64,000 bases of DNA from Octopus vulgaris (lineage: Eukaryota): assembly GCA_951406725.2 (NCBI GenBank), contig OX597828.1:6696001-6760000 (forward strand), given 5' to 3'. Made by a program: the position numbers and the translations under genes. Under the pieces are notes generated by a model, which saw only the letters and a program-made list of their open reading frames with translations, was not told the origin of the DNA and searched no databases. This document shows, one piece after another, positions 14,677-28,085 of this stretch. The first letter of the stretch is position 1; each line of letters starts with the position of its first letter.

Positions 14677-16106
14677 CGCACGCACAAACACACGCGCACA
14701 CATACGCGCACACATTTCTGAATATATTTTTCTATAACAAATGTCATTTCATTGAGAACTCACTAACTGTTGTTGCTCTTTAACAGCAACATCATTCTCT
14801 GATCTTTTGTCTGTTATCATTTATCTAGAAAAATTATGCGTGTATGCAAGTGTATGTATGTTATGTATGTATGTGTATGTATATATCCATGAACACACAT
14901 ATTTATGCGTATGTGTGTGCGTGCGTCTGAGTGTGTGTGTGTGCGTACGCTTACTTGCATGGTATTTTCTAGTGTATGCGCGTTGATATAGGTGGTTGTC
15001 AGTGTCGCACGCCTGTGTATACGAGGGTGTGCTCTGTATAAGTGTATCTGTGTATGCTTATACGGATGTACATGGTTGCTTGTATGGGTGTGCTTGTTTG
15101 TGAGTGTATGAGTGAGTATGTGTGTGTATGAGGGTAAATGTGTGTGTGATTATCACATCCTCACATCATATGCAACCTTTTCAATAAGTTAGTTTCCATG
15201 CCAACAAACAGTTTTCAGTTTGATGCTGATGATTCGAAAATGATTCACAGAATATTTAATGCAACAATCAGACTGCATTTAGCATGTTGCTCTTTCTATA
15301 TAAACAAACACACGGTAATTAGTAGTACGATGTTTGATGATGGTATACAAAATTGCATAGACGATAATCTCCTCATTAGAGCTACAAACAGACTAGTCAC
15401 CTTTATTAACATCGTTCTTTGGAGAGAGTCGACTCTTTTATACTTTTATTCTTTCACAGTTTTTAGATTTTAAAAGGCGACCATTCTGGAGGCAACCACC
15501 TTCAATGATTTCAGCCGATCATATCGACCGTAATATTTATTTGTTAGTTATTTTATCGATCTTTGTTTATCGAATGACTAAATTACCTTTCTCTGTTCTC
15601 TATTCATATAATATAAAATTGCTAGGCTGTATTTAATTCATTTATGTTGATAATTTCGTATTCAATTTGGTCGATGATTTTGTACAAATTGGAGAATATC
15701 AATCAGGATATACGGCATACAAGATTCCGATATATATCATACATTACTTTGCCCCTTCCGCATATATATTTACTAATATAGTCAGTTGTGAGGAAACCTT
15801 CCGGAAATCCCGTCGAAGGGTCGTTTTTTTTTCTTGAGTGATAGAATTAATTTGTTGCCCGGTCTAACAACACAGGAGTGTACTTAGCGAAGTTCATTTT
15901 ATCGCAGACACACAGGATGGTAGTCTTCCGATATGAGGACAATTTTTTCCTCTTTAGATCCATCTTGAAGACTAGGAATAGAGCCAATATCAGTGATTTG
16001 TTCCTACCTAATCTCTTAAAAAATAAATATATATATATAAATTAACAGAATGAGATAAAAAAATTCCAAGGTTGTGAATAGTCTTCAGAACATTTATAAA
16101 GAGAAG

Positions 16107-16154
16107 GTCTTACAGCTGTTTCCGGGATATTTTATATATCCCATCATCAGAGAC
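16107..16154 (-). ncRNA. Minimal type I hammerhead ribozyme, intact
   Basis: GUCU-CUGAUGA-UGGGAUAU(AUAAA)AUAUCCCG-GAAA-C(AGCU)G-UA-AGAC. Stem I GUCU/AGAC, palindromic stem III, GUA cleavage triplet. Confidence 0.85.
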
Positions 16155-16321
16155 GGTGCGAGAAAATGTTTAAGTAATAGTTATTAAAGAAAAGATATGA
16201 AATACAGAGGGAAGTGGAGGAATGAAAACAGAAGTGAGATGCGTATCTCACGTCTGTTTTCCTTCTCTCTGTATTTCATATCTTCTCTATAATACCTATT
16301 ACTTAAACATTTTGTATCGCC

Positions 16322-16369
16322 ATTTCTGATGATGGGATATATAAAATATCCCGGAAACAGTTGTAAGAC
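16322..16369 (+). ncRNA. Minimal type I hammerhead ribozyme, mirror copy, slightly decayed
   Basis: attt-ctgatga-tgggatatataaaatatcccg-gaaa-cagttg-ta-agac. Confidence 0.75.
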
Positions 16370-16496
16370 CTTCTCTTTATAAATGTTCTGAAAATTATTC
16401 ACAGCCTTGGATTTTTTTTATCCCATTCTGTTAAATGTGTGTGTGTATATCACCTGGTACGTGCCAACGCACGGAATTTTCTGACCTTGAGACAGT

Positions 16497-16693
16497 GAAG
16501 GCGCATGGCGTAGTGGTTAGGGTACTGCACTCACGATTGTGAGATCGTGGTTTAGAATCCCTGAACGAGTGTTGTGTTGTGTTCTTGAGCAAAGCAATTT
16601 GGAACATGGTGCACTTGTACAGCTAATGTCGATTTGATGGCTGGAGTGAGCTTATGTGAACTATAACATGTGATCACTATAAACAAATCATCG
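16497..16693 (+). mobile_element. tRNA-derived SINE, family C-like, internally deleted
   Basis: ggcgcatggcgtagtggttaggg A-box head, followed by gtgttcttgagcaa. Confidence 0.7.
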
Positions 16694-17427
16694 GTGTGTG
16701 TATATATATATATATATATATATGGATATATATATATGTATATATGTATATGTATATATATAAATATGTATATGTATATATATATATATGTGTGTGTGTG
16801 TGTGCGTGTGTGTGTGTGTATTTATGTATGTATGAATGTATGTATATGTATAAATATATAATTTTATATATATAATAGGGAATCACTAAATTCCATTAAG
16901 GGGAATGGTAATATGACCTAGTTCCCCAAAACCACAACTAACCATCGTTACCATCGTCCAAAAGACGCACATGCTAACACAAAAAAGCACACAAACGCAT
17001 GCTGCTATTTCAGTTGGTAAGCAACTCTCCATCCATTAGGTCAGGAATTAAATTTTGTCAGTTTTTGGCGTGAGATTTTTATCTTTTAAAGGTATAATCC
17101 AATGTTAATTGCAAAATATGAATGAAGGTAAGAAATTGAAACGTGCGTAGGCGATATGAAATTGACTATTATATGAATTTTTTTCTCTGTGTTCAAACTC
17201 TGCATTTTTCCTTATAACATATTATTAAAATTCTGATATTGTACGTTGTATAGATGAAAGCATCTATAACGACAACTAGAACTTCATAAGTGTTGGCACT
17301 AATACTAACACAAATTTATGAATTCCATGTATATTAGTCGATATGGAGCTAAGCTGGTATATATTTGGATGAAATACATTCCTGTAAAAGTGCAACCTCA
17401 TTCCATTCGAAACTTCATAAACACTCG

Positions 17428-17531
<104 letters not shown>

Positions 17532-17946
17532 GCGCGCACGCGCACATACACGCACACACACCTGTCCCTGTATGTCTGTTTCTCTGTATATGAAATGTGT
17601 AGATACGTGTGTACATGTACAGATATATTCAAGTTGCTCTAAAAGCTGTACAAAGCAGAGATAACCGGCTTTCGGAGAGAAGATCAAGCCTCCATTATGT
17701 AGCATTCAGTATCCATGTTATTTGATAGTGACTATCCATGTTTCAAAACTACCTCCATATTGTACAGGGATTGATAAAAGCTTGAACTAGCCTTCATCAA
17801 ACAAATTCATCATTTCGCTGATATTTATGATACTTAAAATAATTGATTCTGTAAAATACTTAGTTGGACAACGTTGTGCTTGAAATCTTGAATAACTATA
17901 TCAATAAAACTATTTTTTCAATTAAATAATAATAATAATAATAATG

Positions 17947-17997
<51 letters not shown>

Positions 17998-18675
17998 GAA
18001 TCGAATGAGAATGAAAGAAATTTTCTTTGTGATAAAAATTTCTTTTGAAATACCATATACATCTGAAGGAAATTAAAAATGTATTATTGAAAAAGAAAAA
18101 TAATGATAAAACAAACGAAAATATCTATACAGTATGCGTTGCAGAAAACATGTAAAAGAGACAGCAATGATGTTATTTAAAGATGTGTCTCGACAAAATC
18201 ATGTAACTAGGGTAAAAAAAAAATTGGTGTAAAAATCAGAAAGAAAAGAAATCCGAGAAATTATAGAAGAAAAATTTCAAAATAAACATTAGTGAAGACG
18301 GAATGGAATTCAGGAAAGACAAGAACTACAACATTAAAGATTTAAAAGAATAATAATAAAGGGGGAAAACCTAATAAATGGTTTTGTGAAAAACAAGAAA
18401 AAACTTTGAATCTTAAAACTGAATTAAAAAGAAACGTGTCTGGATTGCAGCTACTGATTAAATTAACTCTATGTTCCTACAACATCAACAACAGCCAGTG
18501 AACAATGAAAACAGCAGTACGATGGGACATAAACAAACACACACTGGACAGGGTTAATACTAACAAGTGATCATCTATATTTTGTAGTTAAGAAAGCTTG
18601 AAATAACAGTTAAATCTCCTTGTCATTTTACCATAGAGGAGAAAGAGAATGTGATCCTCGAAATATTAATAACGA

Positions 18676-18800
18676 TTTCAAATTTTGACACAAGTCCAGC
18701 AATTTCGGGGGAGGAGTAAATCGATTACGCTACCCCGAAACGATTAAATGCTGCTAAGCATTTTGCCTGGCGCGCTTTCGATTCTGCCCGCACGCTGCCT
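18676..18800 (-). mobile_element. SINE family B, internally deleted
   Basis: tttcaaattttgacacaagtccagc...gctaagcattttgcctggcgcgc. Confidence 0.65.
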
Positions 18801-20181
18801 TGCTCGCAATATTAATATGGAGAGGAAATGAATGGGATGTAAGTTGCTGAAATACTTTAATCATAGGTCTGCTCAGTCACTGAGCAGACACTACAGCCAC
18901 GGCGAAAGCAATGAATCTATCACGACCAAAGTCAATAATAAAATAGCCTGAAAAATTAACGAAGTTAACCATCATACTAGAAAATGTACCTAAATCTCCT
19001 TTCAAATCACACCTTACCAACTTAACACTGAAGAGAGACATACTAAATGATGTGGACCAGAGTAGACTTTGTTTAGCCTTACATGGGGATAAACAACTAC
19101 GGCAATAGCAACAGCTCAAGTATCACAACCAAGAAGACTTCATCAATAATAAAAGATCCAAAGACTTCTAAATGGTTATTCGGCACGCTAGAAATAGAAA
19201 CTAAACCTCATTAACTTATTGCCATAGAAAATATAATAAAAAGACACGTTAGCTAAATTGTGTGCTTACTTTCACTTTGCCAAACAAAATTGGGAAACGG
19301 TTGCTACTGGATTGTAATTTACCGAGCAATGTTTCATGACGACTATCATAAAAACTAAATAAATGCGTTAGCAACGGCATTAGCAGTGCAATAGCAGGAC
19401 ACCTTTGTTTTTCATCCTTTTTTAGTGGTTAAAATAAGCACCAGTCGAGGATGAGACTGTAGGATGAGACTCAAACATCCGGCGATATTCCTTACTGCAT
19501 CGTTTTTTTTTTGCTTTTTTGTATTCCTTCGTTGTTGGCTTCATTTGTCATCTACTTTAATACGACAAGTTCGTTCTCGCGTGGCTTTAGCAGAATACAC
19601 TTTGTTGCAAGCATTTTCGCCGGGTCTCCAGTGTCAGAATAATTTTCTCTGTTCCTCCAACCAGTCTTGGAGAAATCGAATAATAAAAGGACATGTGCAT
19701 TGACCTTCCATCTTTGATTAAACGGCGAAGAAATAAAACCGTAACAAGAGCAGCAAGCGTGACTCAAGAACAGCCAGAACAAAAGTGCTTGCAGTGTAAT
19801 AAAAATAGCCACATCAACAGCATAATCAACTGCGACAAAAGAAGGAGCAATTATTACGATGACATCAATAAATGCACCGATGGCATCGAGAAGAACAACA
19901 ATAAAAATAGACACATCTACAGCACCGACAACAATAGTATCAACTGTAACAACAACACGTGCAACAACAATAACAACAACAAAGAATATTAAAAGTAACA
20001 AGATCATATGCAAGAGTAGAAAGGACAGATGCACTGAAAATAGTTGCTGCATCAATAGCAGCAGAGACAAAACTAATTGTAACAGAAGCAACAGCAGTCA
20101 AAGCATCAGGAGGAACAATGTGCCAGCAAGGGAGCCTCCAGGTGATCGATCGAACCTCTAGAAATAGCAACCTAGCTGCTG

Positions 20182-20414
20182 CAGTGGTTCTCAAATAATG
20201 CACCGCGGAACACTGATGTTCAGTAAGGTGTGGCTAAGTGCACCACAAAACTAATGAAACATATTTTTAAAATGTGAATAACACACACAGAATTTTGAAA
20301 CATTAAATATTAAATGTTTCTAAATGTTCTGTAGTGTACCGCGTGTAGGAGATGCTGGCATAATTTTGAATGTGGATGAGTGTGAGGAAACAATATGGTA
20401 AGGGTTTATGACTG
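20182..20414. mobile_element. hAT (Charlie-like) MITE
   Basis: Left end cagtggttctcaaa...gcaccgcggaacactg, decayed right end ...actg. Interrupts an ancient repeat copy. Confidence 0.5.
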
Positions 20415-20623
20415 GAATACATTTGATCCAAACTCTGGTTGATCAGGGCAGATGCAACGCTAAGCAACAACAGGGATAACAATGATGACGACGCTAGAAA
20501 CAAGAATAGCATTATCACAATAACAAGGTATGCTAATAACTGCAGCAGTAATAACTTAAACAACAAGACTAATTAGCAACCATAGGAATAATAACAGCAA
20601 TAGGGATTGACAACTGCAGCAAT

Positions 20624-20663
<40 letters not shown>

Positions 20664-21189
20664 GAAACTAACAGCTGAAGCATTTGCAACAACAATAGCA
20701 ACATCAAATGTGATTGCATCAGCTGCATGAAAGCAGAACGCTCGGGATTAGAACAAAAGCAACAGCAGCAATTCTGGCAGTAATAAAAAGGGAGTCATGT
20801 ACATAGTCACAAGTTGTGCTAGATATAGCAGCCAAATATGCATCAATTTAGAAACCAGATATCTTTAAAATGAAGGTCATGTTGAGTAATGAAGTTCAAG
20901 GAACATTATCGCCGGGAAACGATCTGGTACAACACAAGAACAACAACAAGAAAAACGACTACAGAAACATCGATTCATGTATGACTATCACTAAATGCAT
21001 CATTAACAGCAGCAACAACAACAGCAAAGGCAAAGGACATTAATTACAAAATAACAGCAGCATAAATCGACATTGCTGCAGAAACAACAAAATAAATGAC
21101 AACAGTGCTCCAACAACTGTAACAGCATCAGGGCAACAGAAATAGGAACAACGAAATAACAAGACAAAATGAGGATCATAAATCATATT

Positions 21190-21833
21190 AGTTTCAAATT
21201 TTGACGCAAGGCCAGTAATTTTGGAGGAAGGGTAAGACAATTACATCGATTCCCTCAGTACTCAACTGTTACTTATTTTATCGAATGCAAAAGTAGACTA
21301 GACGGAATTTGAACTCAGAGCGTAAAAACGGCCGAAATGCCACTACGTATTATGCCCTTCGTGCTAACGTTTCTTATTTCTTTATTGCCCACAAGGAGCC
21401 AAGCATAGAGGAGACAAACAAGGACAGAAAAATGGATTAAGTCGATTACATCGATCCCAGTGCGTACCTGTTACTTAATTTAATCGACCTCGAAAGGATG
21501 AAAGGCAAAGTCGACCTCGGCGGAATTTGAACTCAGAGCGTAGCGGTAGACGAAGTACCGCTAAGCATTTCGCCCGGCGTGCTAACGTTTCTGCCAGCTC
21601 GCCGCTTTAATAACAACATTAATAAATTTTTCAAACTTTGGCACAAGGCCAGCAAATTTGGGGGAGATAATTCGATTACATTGACTCCAGTGCTCAACTG
21701 GTACTTATCTTATCCCTGAAAGGATGAAAGGCAAAGACGCTCTCGGTGGAATGTGAACTCAGAACGTGATGACGGACGAAATACCGCTAAGCATTTTGCC
21801 AAATGTACAAATAATTTTGCCAGCTCGCCGCCT
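21190..21833 (-). mobile_element. Three tandem SINE family B copies (21190-21373, 21375-21605, 21630-21833)
   Basis: ggaatttgaactcagagcgt and related B-box/core motifs repeated three times in the same orientation. Confidence 0.9.
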
Positions 21834-21998
21834 TAATATCAACAGTAATAACAATAAAATAACAGAAACGTAGTAAAATGCAACGCAAACGTTAATACTA
21901 ATATAATTAACAACACATTAATTATTTCGAATTTAAGCCCAAGGCCAGCAACGGTGAGGAGAGTGACGAGGTCGATAACATCGATCTACCACTTGACC

Positions 21999-22432
21999 TA
22001 CTCTTTTACTTGTTTCAGTCATTTGACTGTGGCCATGCTGGAGCAGCACCTTTAGTCGAGCAAATCGACCCAGGACTTATTCTTTGTAAGCCTGGTACTT
22101 ATTCTCTTTTGCCGGACCGCTAAGTTACGGGGACGTAAACACACCAGCATCGGTTGTCAAGCGGTGTTGTGGGGACAAACACAATCACACAAACATACAC
22201 CCACCCATCCACAAACACACATACACACACACACAAATACACACACAAACGCACACACATATATATACATATATACAACGGGCTTCTTTCAGTTTCCGTC
22301 TACGAAATCTACTCACAAGGATTTAGTTAGCCCGAGGCTATAGTAGAAGACACTTGCCCACGGTGCCACGCAGTGGGACTGAACCCGGAACCATGTGGTT
22401 TGTAAGCAAGGTACTTACCACACAGCCACTCC
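21999..22432 (-). mobile_element. SINE family A (tRNA head, CORE-like segment, LINE-like tail), nested in an older family B copy
   Basis: Head ggagtggctgtgtggtaag...ggttcagtccc, gggcaagtg, tail gcatggccacagtcaaatgactgaaacaagtaaaagag. Family B halves at ~21925-21990 and ~22440-22570. Confidence 0.9.
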
Positions 22433-22724
22433 GACGCAACCAAAAAAGGAAGAAAGGCAAAGATGACCTCTGTAGGATTTTGAACTCAGAACTTCAAAAA
22501 AATCTCGGATCGAAGTACCATAAGACAGTTCTTCGGACACACTGACAATCCTGATTAGCTGACCACCCTCACAACAACAGCAATAACTACAGCGAGAAGT
22601 TGTCAACGACGGCAGCAGTAATAATGCTAGGAACTGTTCAAATATCAATATTTATATTTAAAAAATACATAAAAATCAGCTATTTACAAACAAGATTATA
22701 TAATATATACAAACACGCACACCG

Positions 22725-22760
<36 letters not shown>

Positions 22761-22933
22761 TATGCATATGTGTATGTGTATGCTACACATACACGCACAT
22801 GCTCGCGAGTGCGCGTGTATATGTATATACTTCCACATTAGTAATCAGTAATCGATCGAACGAATGGTCACAGTTGGCTGTTATGTTATGTCTAAGCTTA
22901 ATCATGTTGCTACTACCAACAGCTAATCATAGG

Positions 22934-22965
<32 letters not shown>

Positions 22966-22997
22966 GTATGTATGTGTGCGTATATGCGTGTGCGTAT

Positions 22998-23057
<60 letters not shown>

Positions 23058-23724
23058 CAGGCATGACAATATGTAAGTATGACACATCCAGCAGAGGCAG
23101 CCGCTATAACAGTACATTTTGCTCAATAGAAATCCCAGATGGTTAAATGACAGAAGAGATGGAGTGCAGAAGAGATGGGAAGAGGCTATATGTTTGTTGT
23201 CGTTGTCGTTCCTGCTGCTGCTGCTGCTGTTGTCGTTGATGATGATGATGATGATAATGATGATGGTGATGTGGTGGGGATGGTGCTGGTGGTATTGTTG
23301 CGAGGCTAATTGTAAAGCTACATAAATATTATGGCTACGAGACATCGAGGAGTTTTGCGCACACATATACATGTTATTTTTGAAATGTTATATTTAAATG
23401 TTATATTTTTTACTGGCTTCAGTCCAGTTATCGGACTACGGCCATACATGCCAAAACACCGCCTTCGTGGATTTGAGTCTAACATATCGATCTTAGTGCG
23501 TATATCCATCTAGCACTTTTTTTCTAAAATCTTTATTTGATAGCTCACTGAGTTTCGTAACACAAGGCGAACAACCCCGGTTGCTTTAACTTCAACACCA
23601 ATTTAGATTATGTCTCTCAAATAGGCTTCAACAGTAGGTTTGTATACATTATTATGTACAAACGTATACACGTACAAGTTCACACATGATTTTAGCAGTG
23701 ATCTCTTTCTATGACGGCAACGAA

Positions 23725-23910
23725 CCGGCAGAATCGTTACCACGCGGGGAGAAAATGCTTATCGGCATTTCTTCCGACTTTACGTTCTGACTTCAAATGT
23801 TTCCGTGGTTGACTTTGCCTTTCATTCTTTCGGGAGTGATAAAATAAGTACCTGTTGAACACTAAAGTCGATATAATTGTCTCCAGAAATTGTGGAACTT
23901 GCCGGCTTTT
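23725..23910 (+). mobile_element. SINE family B, diverged
   Basis: ggcagaatcgttacc...aaatgcttatcggcatttc...gactttgccttttcattc. Confidence 0.7.
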
Positions 23911-23997
23911 ACTCCATAGTCTGTGACGGCACTTTGATCCTTGCCTGAGGGCATAGCTCTTGATACCATTCCCTTCTGAACCTCTCACACACATTTT

Positions 23998-24029
<32 letters not shown>

Positions 24030-24067
24030 GTGTGTGTGTGGGTGTGTGTGTGTGTGTGTGTGTGTGG

Positions 24068-24135
24068 GGAGGCGCAATGGCCCAGTGGTTAGGGCAGCGG
24101 ACTCACGGTCGGAGGATCGCGGTTTCGATTCCCAG
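24068..24135 (+). mobile_element. SINE family C head only
   Basis: ggaggcgcaatggcccagtggttagggcagcggactcacggtcgg...ggtttcgattccc, with A and B boxes. Confidence 0.75.
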
Positions 24136-24384
24136 TTTCAGTGTTAAAGTGCCGGGATTCCGTTTTTTACAAACTCACGTGTGTGAAACGACTAGTAAAG
24201 TCGTCTGAAATGGATCTATAATACTTTGTGCGTGTGTGTGTTTGTGTGTGTGTGTGTGTGCACGCGTGTGTGTGATTGTCTGTCTGTCTATCTGTCTGTC
24301 TGTATGTATGTTTGTATGTATGTATCTCTGTATTAATAAATAATCGATTCAAATTTTGTCATGACGCCAGCAAGTTCGGTGGGA

Positions 24385-24568
24385 GGCAGAGACGTTAGCA
24401 CGACGGGCAGAATGCTTAGCGGCATTTCGTTCGTCTTTACGTTCTGAGTTCAAAATTCCGCCGAGGTTGACTTTGCCTTTCATCCTTTCTCGTCGATGAA
24501 ATAAGTAGCAGTTAATACTGAGTTACCCCTTCCACCAAACATACTGGCCTTGTGCAAAAATTTGAAAC
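24385..24568 (+). mobile_element. SINE family B
   Basis: ggcagagacgttagcacg...gagttcaaaattccgccgaggttgactttgcctttcatcc. Confidence 0.85.
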
Positions 24569-25019
24569 CGATATTACATATTATTGTTTGTCACTAACCA
24601 TCCATAGTTAAGTGCCTTCAAGATGTAAACTACAAACCACACCGAAATTACCTTGATTCCATGAATAAATAGCATGAAATGAGTCTCTAATGAATTCGTT
24701 ACAAATTCTAGTCCACAAAGTCACCGAAGATTTTCAAGAATCTGCCTTAGAAAAATGTTCCAGTTTCCAACAACCATGAATATTCTGTAATAGCTTAGTT
24801 GAGTTCCTCAATGGAGTATTCCTGTCACATATGGGGACAACATTGCTGCTGCTGCTGCTGTTGCATACAAATCTCCTAACAGACCCAAACACATTGCCAC
24901 CTGACTAAACAGAGTAAAGCCATTTCTATATTCTACTGTAGCCTCTCTCTGTAGCCTCTCTCTGACTTTCTTGCTGCTGACACTACTGCCACTGCTGCCA
25001 TTGCTGCTGTTGCTGCTGT

Positions 25020-25061
<42 letters not shown>

Positions 25062-26327
25062 AAAGATGTTTTCATAAGTTGGATAGCGTTGTGCTCAAAC
25101 GCTTCCAGCTAATTTATCCTCCTTCCAATTATCACGTGTATATCCCAGTACAGTACCTTAACACCGAAACAATTACTCTCTAGAGTTTACTTTTCTATGT
25201 GTTTTTTCTGCACACTTGAAAATCGTCAAGCCACGTCGATTTCATCGAAGGCATGTGAAGTCTAGTGGTATAAACTGTCCTTCAAACTAAACCATAAAGC
25301 AAATGGGTATAATAATGCACCCGAGAAAGTCTGTTATATTCTATAGCACACTCAAGGTTAAGGAGGAAGGAGAAACAACTTGTCACCATAAGCGTGGAGG
25401 GACCACACGTTGTAGGAAAAGTGAGCAACATCTTCAAATTCACAGTGACGACATTGTGTCAGTCTCCCAAAATACATAAACGTTCTTGAACTTAGAAATT
25501 GATCAGTTATCAGTCAGAGAAGAATCTTTTCAACATCTGCCGAGAAAGCAATAATAAGCATAATGAAAACCGAAACATGAGCGGTTTCAAAGAAACATTC
25601 CATTTCATTCCACGCGATTGGATCTAAACCAGAGCTAAAAATAACAACATTTGGTTCAACCCACCTTTCAGTTTCAGTTTGGGGACAAATGTGAGAAACT
25701 ACAAAAATCAAATGTGGAAATAAAAGGCTAATCACCAAGCAATTCTCAACTTGTCTATGGGAATTTATGTTTGTATAGCCGAGCACAATCAAACAGATTA
25801 ACTTTTGGGTATGGAAACCTAATCAAAGCCTACAGGCTATATATCTAAAATCCCACTGCCCATGGATGAAAATAGATGTATCTTCTGCTCTTTTTTAAGA
25901 TTGAGGAGGAAAGAAATGACAGAAATGAAATAATGATTGAATTTCTCATGTTCAAGTCAACTTGTGGCTACAACAGTTCCGTCAATTCCTGTTCGTCAGG
26001 ACCCGAGATACATAGATGGAGATATGCACAACCGGTTCCTATGACGAAGTGCGTTTGTGAAGGTCAAATATCTACCTTTTTAATCATCATTAATACATAC
26101 ACACGCGCGCACACGCACATACGCGCGCACGCGCACACACACACACACACACACACACGCAGGCTCGCACACATACACACACGTATGCTCACACACAAAT
26201 ACAAACACGTAGACATATTTTGTCACCTGTGAAATACAGTCACTTGAAGTGTTGAAGTGTATGTAAGCATGCTCGTGTATAGGTGTATATACACGCATAC
26301 ACGCACATATACGTACATACATACATA

Positions 26328-26537
26328 TACTCTTTACTCTTTTATTTGTTTCAGTCATTTACCTGCGGCCATGCTGGAGCACCGCCTTTAGTCGAGCAAA
26401 TCGACCCCGGGACTTATTCTTTGTAAGCCCAGTACTTATTCTATCGGTCTCTTTTGCCGAACCGCTAAGTGACGGGGACGTAAACACACCACCATCGGTT
26501 GTCAAGCAATGCTAGGGGGACAAACACAGACACACAA

Positions 26538-26572
<35 letters not shown>

Positions 26573-26741
26573 CATATACGACAGGCTTCTTTCAGGTTCC
26601 GTCTACCAAATCCACTCACAAGGCATTTGTCGGCCCGGGGCTATAGCAGAAGACACTTGCCCAAGGTGCCACCTAGTGAGACTGAACCCGCAACCATGTG
26701 GTTGGTTAGCAAGCTACTTACCACACAGCCACTCCTGCGCC
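26328..26741 (-). mobile_element. SINE family A, full length, young
   Basis: Near-identical to 27494-27924. Confidence 0.9.
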
Positions 26742-26762
26742 TATATATTATATTTATATATT

Positions 26763-27480
26763 TTAAAAAATAGGATAAAATCTTCATAAGAAATTATCAA
26801 GTAGTTAGCGTGAAAAATCTCATAAGAGGGACTCTTAAAGTCAAAACTACCAAAATAAACATATCGTACCCAATGCAAGTCTCGAAGCGAGTCATTTAAA
26901 AACAGAATTTAGCTGCAGATCACCAGTGATTTCGTAATCAACGCAGTGGCTGCGTCCCTTACTCATCAGTGACAGCGTGATTCAAGATTTATAATGAATG
27001 AACAAAATCAACATACCAGACGAACAATCTAATAATGCCCTCTATATAATATAAATATATATATTCAAGTGAAGAAAAATTACAAATTTTTTTCTCTTAT
27101 GAGGTTTTTCACGCTAACTACTTGATAATTTCTTATGAAGATTTTATCCTATTTTTAAATTATAAATTTCACCAGAATGATTCAATACTGAATTTTTATT
27201 CCGAATAAGCACGTAGTTACCGAAATGCAATTCGAAAAAGCCCGCCATTTACATAGATGTATAAGGGGTGAACAGTTCTATATGCTACGGTGGATACGAT
27301 GGTTGTTCGTCTGGTATGTTGATTTTGTTCATTCATTATAAATCAGCTAAATTCTGTTTTTAAATGACTTGCTTCGAGACTTGCATTCGGTACGATATGT
27401 TTATTTTGGTAGTTTTGACTTTAAGAGTCCCTCCTAGCGTGCGGCATTTTGTGTAATAATGCCCTCTATATAATATAAAT
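26763..27480. mobile_element. Rearranged inverted-repeat element with a hammerhead (Penelope/retrozyme-like)
   Basis: 26763-26828 is inverted at 27094-27159, 26826-27027 is inverted at 27303-27433, and a 27-bp direct repeat occurs at 27030-27056 and 27454-27480. Confidence 0.85.
26912..26976 (-). ncRNA. Type I hammerhead ribozyme
   Basis: GCUGUCA-CUGAUGA-GUAA(GGGA CGCAG CCA CUGCG UUGA)UUAC-GAAA-UCAC(UG)GUGA-UC-UGCAGC. AUC cleavage triplet. Confidence 0.8.
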
Positions 27481-27493
27481 TTATATATATATA

Positions 27494-27704
27494 TACTCTT
27501 TTACTCTTTTACTTCTTTCAGTCATTTGACTGCGGCCATGCTGGAGCACCGCCTTTAGTCGAGCAAATCGACCCCGGGACTTATTCTTTTTAAGCCCAGT
27601 ACTTATTCTATCAGTCTCTTTTGCCGAACCGCTAAGTGACGGGGACGTAAACAAACCAGCATCGGTTGTCAAGCAATGCTAGGGGGACAAACACAGACAC
27701 ACAA

Positions 27705-27753
<49 letters not shown>

Positions 27754-27924
27754 CATACATACGATGGGCTTCTTTCAGTCTCCGTCTACCAAATCCACTC
27801 ACAAGGCATTGGTCGGCCCGGGGCTATAGCAGAAGACACTTGCCCAAGATGCCACGCAGTGGGACTAAACCCGGAACCATGTGGTTGGTTAGCAAGCTAC
27901 TTACCACACAGCCACTCCTGCGCC
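27494..27924 (-). mobile_element. SINE family A, full length, young
   Basis: Complete head, (CA)/(TA) insert and tail. Confidence 0.9.
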
Positions 27925-28085
27925 TATATATATATATATATACTTTATTTAAAAGCAGCAGAAATTTAACAAAAGTTGTTACTCGGAGTTTCACATTCTG
28001 GTATTTGAGTACTCTTTTTTTCCACCTTGTTTCACATTTATGTGTTTACTCCGTATATATATATATATATATATATATACAAATC

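Larger units (their letters stand above)
16042..16434. mobile_element. ~390-bp fold-back element carrying two inverted hammerhead ribozymes
   Basis: Arms are complementary along almost their whole length around a GCGT loop at 16241-16244. Confidence 0.9.

Noticed and set aside
17728-17802. Possible minus-strand hammerhead (UUGAUGA...GAAACAUGGAUA)
   Set aside because: Core, stem I and stem III are all mismatched. Too decayed to call.
19552-20161. Overlapping 100-179 aa ORFs
   Set aside because: Degenerate (CAA)-rich low-complexity sequence open in several frames.
25876-26070. Possible exon IEEERNDRNE...KCVCEG
   Set aside because: Acceptor plausible, but the donor is weak and there is no recognisable homology.
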